Shown: positions 60,402 to 64,000 of the stretch, one piece after another
Layout of the letters: every line of letters starts with the position of its first letter
Position numbering within the stretch: the stretch's first letter is position 1
Assembly (NCBI GenBank): GCA_016932475.1
Contig: JAFGCU010000025.1
Location: 30,808-94,807, forward strand
Source of the DNA: Anaerolineales bacterium
Lineage (GTDB): Bacteria; Chloroflexota; Anaerolineae; Anaerolineales; RBG-16-64-43
Direction of reading: 5' to 3'
Length of the DNA stretch: 64,000 nt
The notes under the pieces: model-generated
The model's database searches: none
Seen by the model: the letters and a program-made list of their open reading frames with translations, nothing else
Told to the model about the DNA's origin: nothing
Translations under genes and position numbers: made by a program

Positions 60402-62888
60402 ATGAGCTTCCTCAGCGGCTGGCAATTCGAGAGTATCTCCTTCTGGATCGGCTTTCTGCTGGCCGCGTTCCTGGGATACGTGCTGTACCGGCTGCGCCGC
60501 CGGATCTCAAATTTCCGCGAAGCCATGGGGGAATCCTACCGGACCGCCATGGAGGCGCTGACCACCACCTCCGCCCAGGGCTACCGGAACGATCTGATGG
60601 TATGGGCACAGTCGGCGCATATCGCATCGCATTTATTCGCGCTGGAAGAGATCCTGCTCCCCCCGCGCCTGATGATTCACCCGGCCCCGGTGGATCCGGA
60701 ACAGCCCCCGGAATACGACGCCCCGGCCTTATTTCCCTTTACGCCGGATTGGCCCCAGCTGGCCATCGCATACGGCGCGGCGAACATTCCCGCCCAGCAA
60801 CTGCTCTCGCTGAAATCGCACACGCTGCTGGTCGGGCTTCCGGGCAGCGGAAAAACAACCGTTTTGGCCGCCTTGATCCTCGAATGGCTGCGCAAATCGG
60901 CCCATCCGGGCACGCCGGCGGCTGATCTTCCGCGCGCGCTTTTTTACGCCAACGCCCACGATTTGGCGTTGTCTTCCTCCACAAAAGACGCCCTTCCGCC
61001 GCTGGTTTCGGCCGTGCAGTTTTACGCCGCCTCGCTCTCCGCATCGCAGATTCCTTCCTATATAAAAGGAAGCCTGCGCGCCGAGGGTGCGGTCGTGCTG
61101 CTGGATGCCGTGGATGAGCTTACCTTCGAGGAACAGGATGCCGTGCGGGAATGGATTCGGGAATTCCTCGCCCAATTCCCCAAAACACGGCTGATCGTCA
61201 CCATCTCCCCGGAGGAGACGGCGCACTGGCGGCCGATGGGGTTTGCCGTCGCCGCGCCGGCCCCCTGGCTCCCCGCGGATCACCGCCAGTTCATGGAGAA
61301 ATGGGGCGCGCGCTGGCAGGAAGTTATTGTCTCAAACCGCAAGTCGGCCGAGAAACCGGATCCGGCGCTGCTGATCGGCTGGATTTCGCGCCAGACGTTC
61401 AGCCTGTCTCCGCTGGACATCACGCTGCGGACATGGGCGGCGTTCAGCGGCGACCTGCAGGGAACGACCGCAGCTTCGGATCAGCAAGCGTATCTCAGCC
61501 GGCACCTGCCCGAGGCCGCCGAAGAGGCCATGGCCCAAGCCGCCCGGACGATGATCGTGGAAAACAGCTCCACCCTCGCCCGCAAGCAGGTGGAATCGGC
61601 GCTGGCGCTGGCCTGGCCGCATTCGGAACAATCGCTTCCGCCGGTCGAAGATTTCTTCGATGACATGATCGAGTGCGGAGTCCTGCGGCGCAGACAGGCC
61701 GGACGGGTATCGTTCGGCCATCTGTCCATTGCGGCGCGGCTGGCGGCGGGCGCCGTATCCAAAGAGAGCAACCTCAACGCCTTCTTTGCCAATGCGCGGT
61801 TTTCGCTGTCGAACCTCACCGCGCAGGCAATGTCTGCGCAGACCGACGTATCCACCCTCGTTTCCGCCGTGTTGACATCCCCCATCCATAGGTCGGAAGG
61901 CGCGGAAACCGCCGGCGGGGCGCAGATGCCGCCGATCGTCGAAGACGGCTGGAAACTGCTCAGGGTCGCTTCCTGGCTGCGGGATGCGCCTCCCACCGCG
62001 GGCTGGCGGGTGGAGGTATTCCGGCGCCTGATGAAGCTGGTCCGCACGCCCAGCCAGCCCTTTCCGCTGCGCACCCGGGCGTTGTGCGCATTCCTCAACA
62101 GCCGTGATCTTTCGGCCACCCAGCTGTTCCGGCAGATCCTCACCACGGAGGATGCCGACCGGGAGGCGCAAATTCTTGCGGCGCTCGGCCTCGGCGCGAT
62201 GAGCGATGCGAGCGCAGTCGAACTTCTTGCCAAACAGATGGAAACCGATTCGCGCGAACTGCGCTGGGCCGGCGCGCTGGCGCTGGGGCATATCGCCACC
62301 CATGCCGCGATCGACACGCTGGGCCAGGTGCTGCTGCAGGGCGAAGACGATCTGCGGCGCGCCGTCGCCGAAGCGCTCTCGCTGGATCCGATCGAAGGCC
62401 ACGGGATTCTGCGCGAAGCGATCCAGGACGCCGAACTGCTGGTGCGCCGCGCGGCTGTCTTCGGGCTGGCGCGGACCGGGCAGGCCTGGGCGCTGGAAAT
62501 CCTGGAACGGGTCCAGACGGAAGACGGCCAATGGGCGGTAAAATCAGCCGCAGCGCAGGCGGTGGAACGACTGCACGGAGAAACCGAGAACCCGCTGCCG
62601 GTCCCGCCCCCCATTCACAACCTGCCCTGGCTGGTTGCTTTCGCGACCGAACGCAAGACGGGATTGGCGCCCGGTCTTCCGGCGTTGGCGATGTTACAGC
62701 GGGTGATCCGCGAAGGGGAGCCGCGTCAGCGTGCGGCCGCGGTGGAAGCCCTCGGGAATCTCGGCGACCGCGATTTCACTCAGGACATCTGCATGGGGTT
62801 GAGCGACAACGAGAGCTCCGTGCGCAGCCTGGCGTTCGAAGCCCTTTGGGCGATCCGGACAAAGCACGAAGAAACACCGAAGGATTAA
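60402..62888 (+). CDS. NACHT-type NTPase with N-terminal TM helix and C-terminal HEAT repeats
   Basis: GLPGSGKTT Walker A, LLDAVDE Walker B, repeated R.AA..AL HEAT units. Confidence 0.85.
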   Translation: MSFLSGWQFESISFWIGFLLAAFLGYVLYRLRRRISNFREAMGESYRTAMEALTTTSAQGYRNDLMVWAQSAHIASHLFALEEILLPPRLMIHPAPVDPEQPPEYDAPALFPFTPDWPQLAIAYGAANIPAQQLLSLKSHTLLVGLPGSGKTTVLAALILEWLRKSAHPGTPAADLPRALFYANAHDLALSSSTKDALPPLVSAVQFYAASLSASQIPSYIKGSLRAEGAVVLLDAVDELTFEEQDAVREWIREFLAQFPKTRLIVTISPEETAHWRPMGFAVAAPAPWLPADHRQFMEKWGARWQEVIVSNRKSAEKPDPALLIGWISRQTFSLSPLDITLRTWAAFSGDLQGTTAASDQQAYLSRHLPEAAEEAMAQAARTMIVENSSTLARKQVESALALAWPHSEQSLPPVEDFFDDMIECGVLRRRQAGRVSFGHLSIAARLAAGAVSKESNLNAFFANARFSLSNLTAQAMSAQTDVSTLVSAVLTSPIHRSEGAETAGGAQMPPIVEDGWKLLRVASWLRDAPPTAGWRVEVFRRLMKLVRTPSQPFPLRTRALCAFLNSRDLSATQLFRQILTTEDADREAQILAALGLGAMSDASAVELLAKQMETDSRELRWAGALALGHIATHAAIDTLGQVLLQGEDDLRRAVAEALSLDPIEGHGILREAIQDAELLVRRAAVFGLARTGQAWALEILERVQTEDGQWAVKSAAAQAVERLHGETENPLPVPPPIHNLPWLVAFATERKTGLAPGLPALAMLQRVIREGEPRQRAAAVEALGNLGDRDFTQDICMGLSDNESSVRSLAFEALWAIRTKHEETPKD

Positions 62889-62923
62889 CCGCCCGCGCGA
62901 TCCCCGGGAGAGGGATCCTCTTT

Positions 62924-64000
62924 ATGACAGTCTCCATCCGCGATTTCGAATCTTTTATGCTCAGCACCCAGGGAATCCTGCTCTTTCACGGATCGATCCT
63001 GCTGGTGGCGCTGGTGGCGGCGTTCCTCCTCGTGCTGAAAAAGCCGAGCCGGGAATGGAACCGCGGACTCTTTCTGACCCTGGGCATAATTTTTCTGCAG
63101 GGCATCGGGCTGATCCTTGATCTGCTCGGACCCATTTGGAACAACCCCACCGTTTCGTTCCTGCTGGCCAACATCGACCGGTCGCTGGAAATGCTTTCGA
63201 TCACGGGATTAGCCTGGTTTTTCCTGTATCCAAGGGGGCACAAAACCGGAGATGCGCTGACTGCGGTCTGGACTGTCGGCGTGATCCTCGCGGTCGCCGG
63301 ATCCTCGGTTTATCTATACCTTTATCCCGCCACCGGCCCCTTTAACAGCAACCTGCTTTCCTTCAACTGGGATCTCACGCGCTGCATCTTCCTGGCAATC
63401 GGCATCATCATGCTGCTGGCGCGCAGGCCGGCGGGATGGGGATTATCGTTCGTCTCGATGGCGCTGTTCCTGGCCGGAGTGACGCTCCAGCTTGCGCTCG
63501 GCGACGCAACCACCCATCTGCCGGGGCTGGCCCGCGTGTTCGGCCTGCTGGCAATCCCCTTCGCGGGCATGCGCCTTGCGTATGCAGCCACCTCCGGCGG
63601 CGTGTATGCCGCCGCGGGCAGCCAGGCCAGCCAGATCCGGCAGGCCGCCGCGGAATCCGCCCCTTCGCTCTCGGAGTTGATCCTCACCCATCAGCCCCAG
63701 GATCTGCCGCAGGCGGTCACGGTCTGGCTCTGCAACGCGATGCGCGTGGAAGTCGCCTTCTTTGTGGCATCCTCCGAAAACGGGGACAGCGTGGAGTTCA
63801 TCTGCGGGTACGACCGGATCAATTCCCAGGCGCTTCCCGGTTTTGTGGTGACCTCAGAGGCCGCGCCTCAGCTGCATTTTGCGGTGACGGGCCGGGAGAT
63901 TATGCGGCTCGGAAAAACGGAATCGGATTCGAGCCTGCGCCACGCGGCGGAACAGGCGCAACTGCCGCAAGCCGGGCCGGCGCTCTACGCCCCCCTTCCT
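62924..64000 (+). CDS. Multi-TM sensor protein with GAF-like region, runs off window end
   Basis: Not in ORF track; hand translation MTVSIRDFESF.. open for 359 codons, about 7 TM helices followed by soluble GAF-like segment. Confidence 0.75.
   Translation, partial: MTVSIRDFESFMLSTQGILLFHGSILLVALVAAFLLVLKKPSREWNRGLFLTLGIIFLQGIGLILDLLGPIWNNPTVSFLLANIDRSLEMLSITGLAWFFLYPRGHKTGDALTAVWTVGVILAVAGSSVYLYLYPATGPFNSNLLSFNWDLTRCIFLAIGIIMLLARRPAGWGLSFVSMALFLAGVTLQLALGDATTHLPGLARVFGLLAIPFAGMRLAYAATSGGVYAAAGSQASQIRQAAAESAPSLSELILTHQPQDLPQAVTVWLCNAMRVEVAFFVASSENGDSVEFICGYDRINSQALPGFVVTSEAAPQLHFAVTGREIMRLGKTESDSSLRHAAEQAQLPQAGPALYAPLP

Overview
GC-rich bacterial chromosome segment. Gene content and repeat types suggest an Anaerolineae/Chloroflexota genome (inference, no search run). 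About 60 CDS, no rRNA, tRNA or CRISPR seen. Main blocks: (1) 1-22.5 kb mixed accessory and housekeeping genes (REC-GAF sensor, MFS, spermidine-synthase-like, multi-domain glycan-type lipoprotein, GNATs, methyltransferases, purF); (2) mutM, pfkB-parA-parB followed by a DUF559 (Vsr-like) endonuclease gene enclosed on both sides by arrays of a 58-bp hairpin repeat; (3) a roughly 16-kb minus-strand operon argG-argH-lysW-lysX-lysY-lysZ-carA-carB-lysJ-homocitrate synthase-fused homoaconitase-lysK, preceded by a consensus promoter, an Arg-codon-rich 23-aa leader ORF and an intrinsic terminator; (4) three TadE/TadG-like pilin genes plus two AT-richer exported proteins, with a (GAGT)6 tract upstream; (5) plsX-fabF, ferredoxin, cinA, glgP, two DUF3048 lipoproteins, zinc-ribbon, NACHT-HEAT and a membrane sensor. 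Intergenic DNA carries at least four families of palindromic REP-like elements. The best candidates for an undescribed system are the DUF559 nuclease/repeat-array element with its dispersed relatives and the putative arginine-sensing leader-peptide attenuator. All protein family calls are by motif recognition, not database search.
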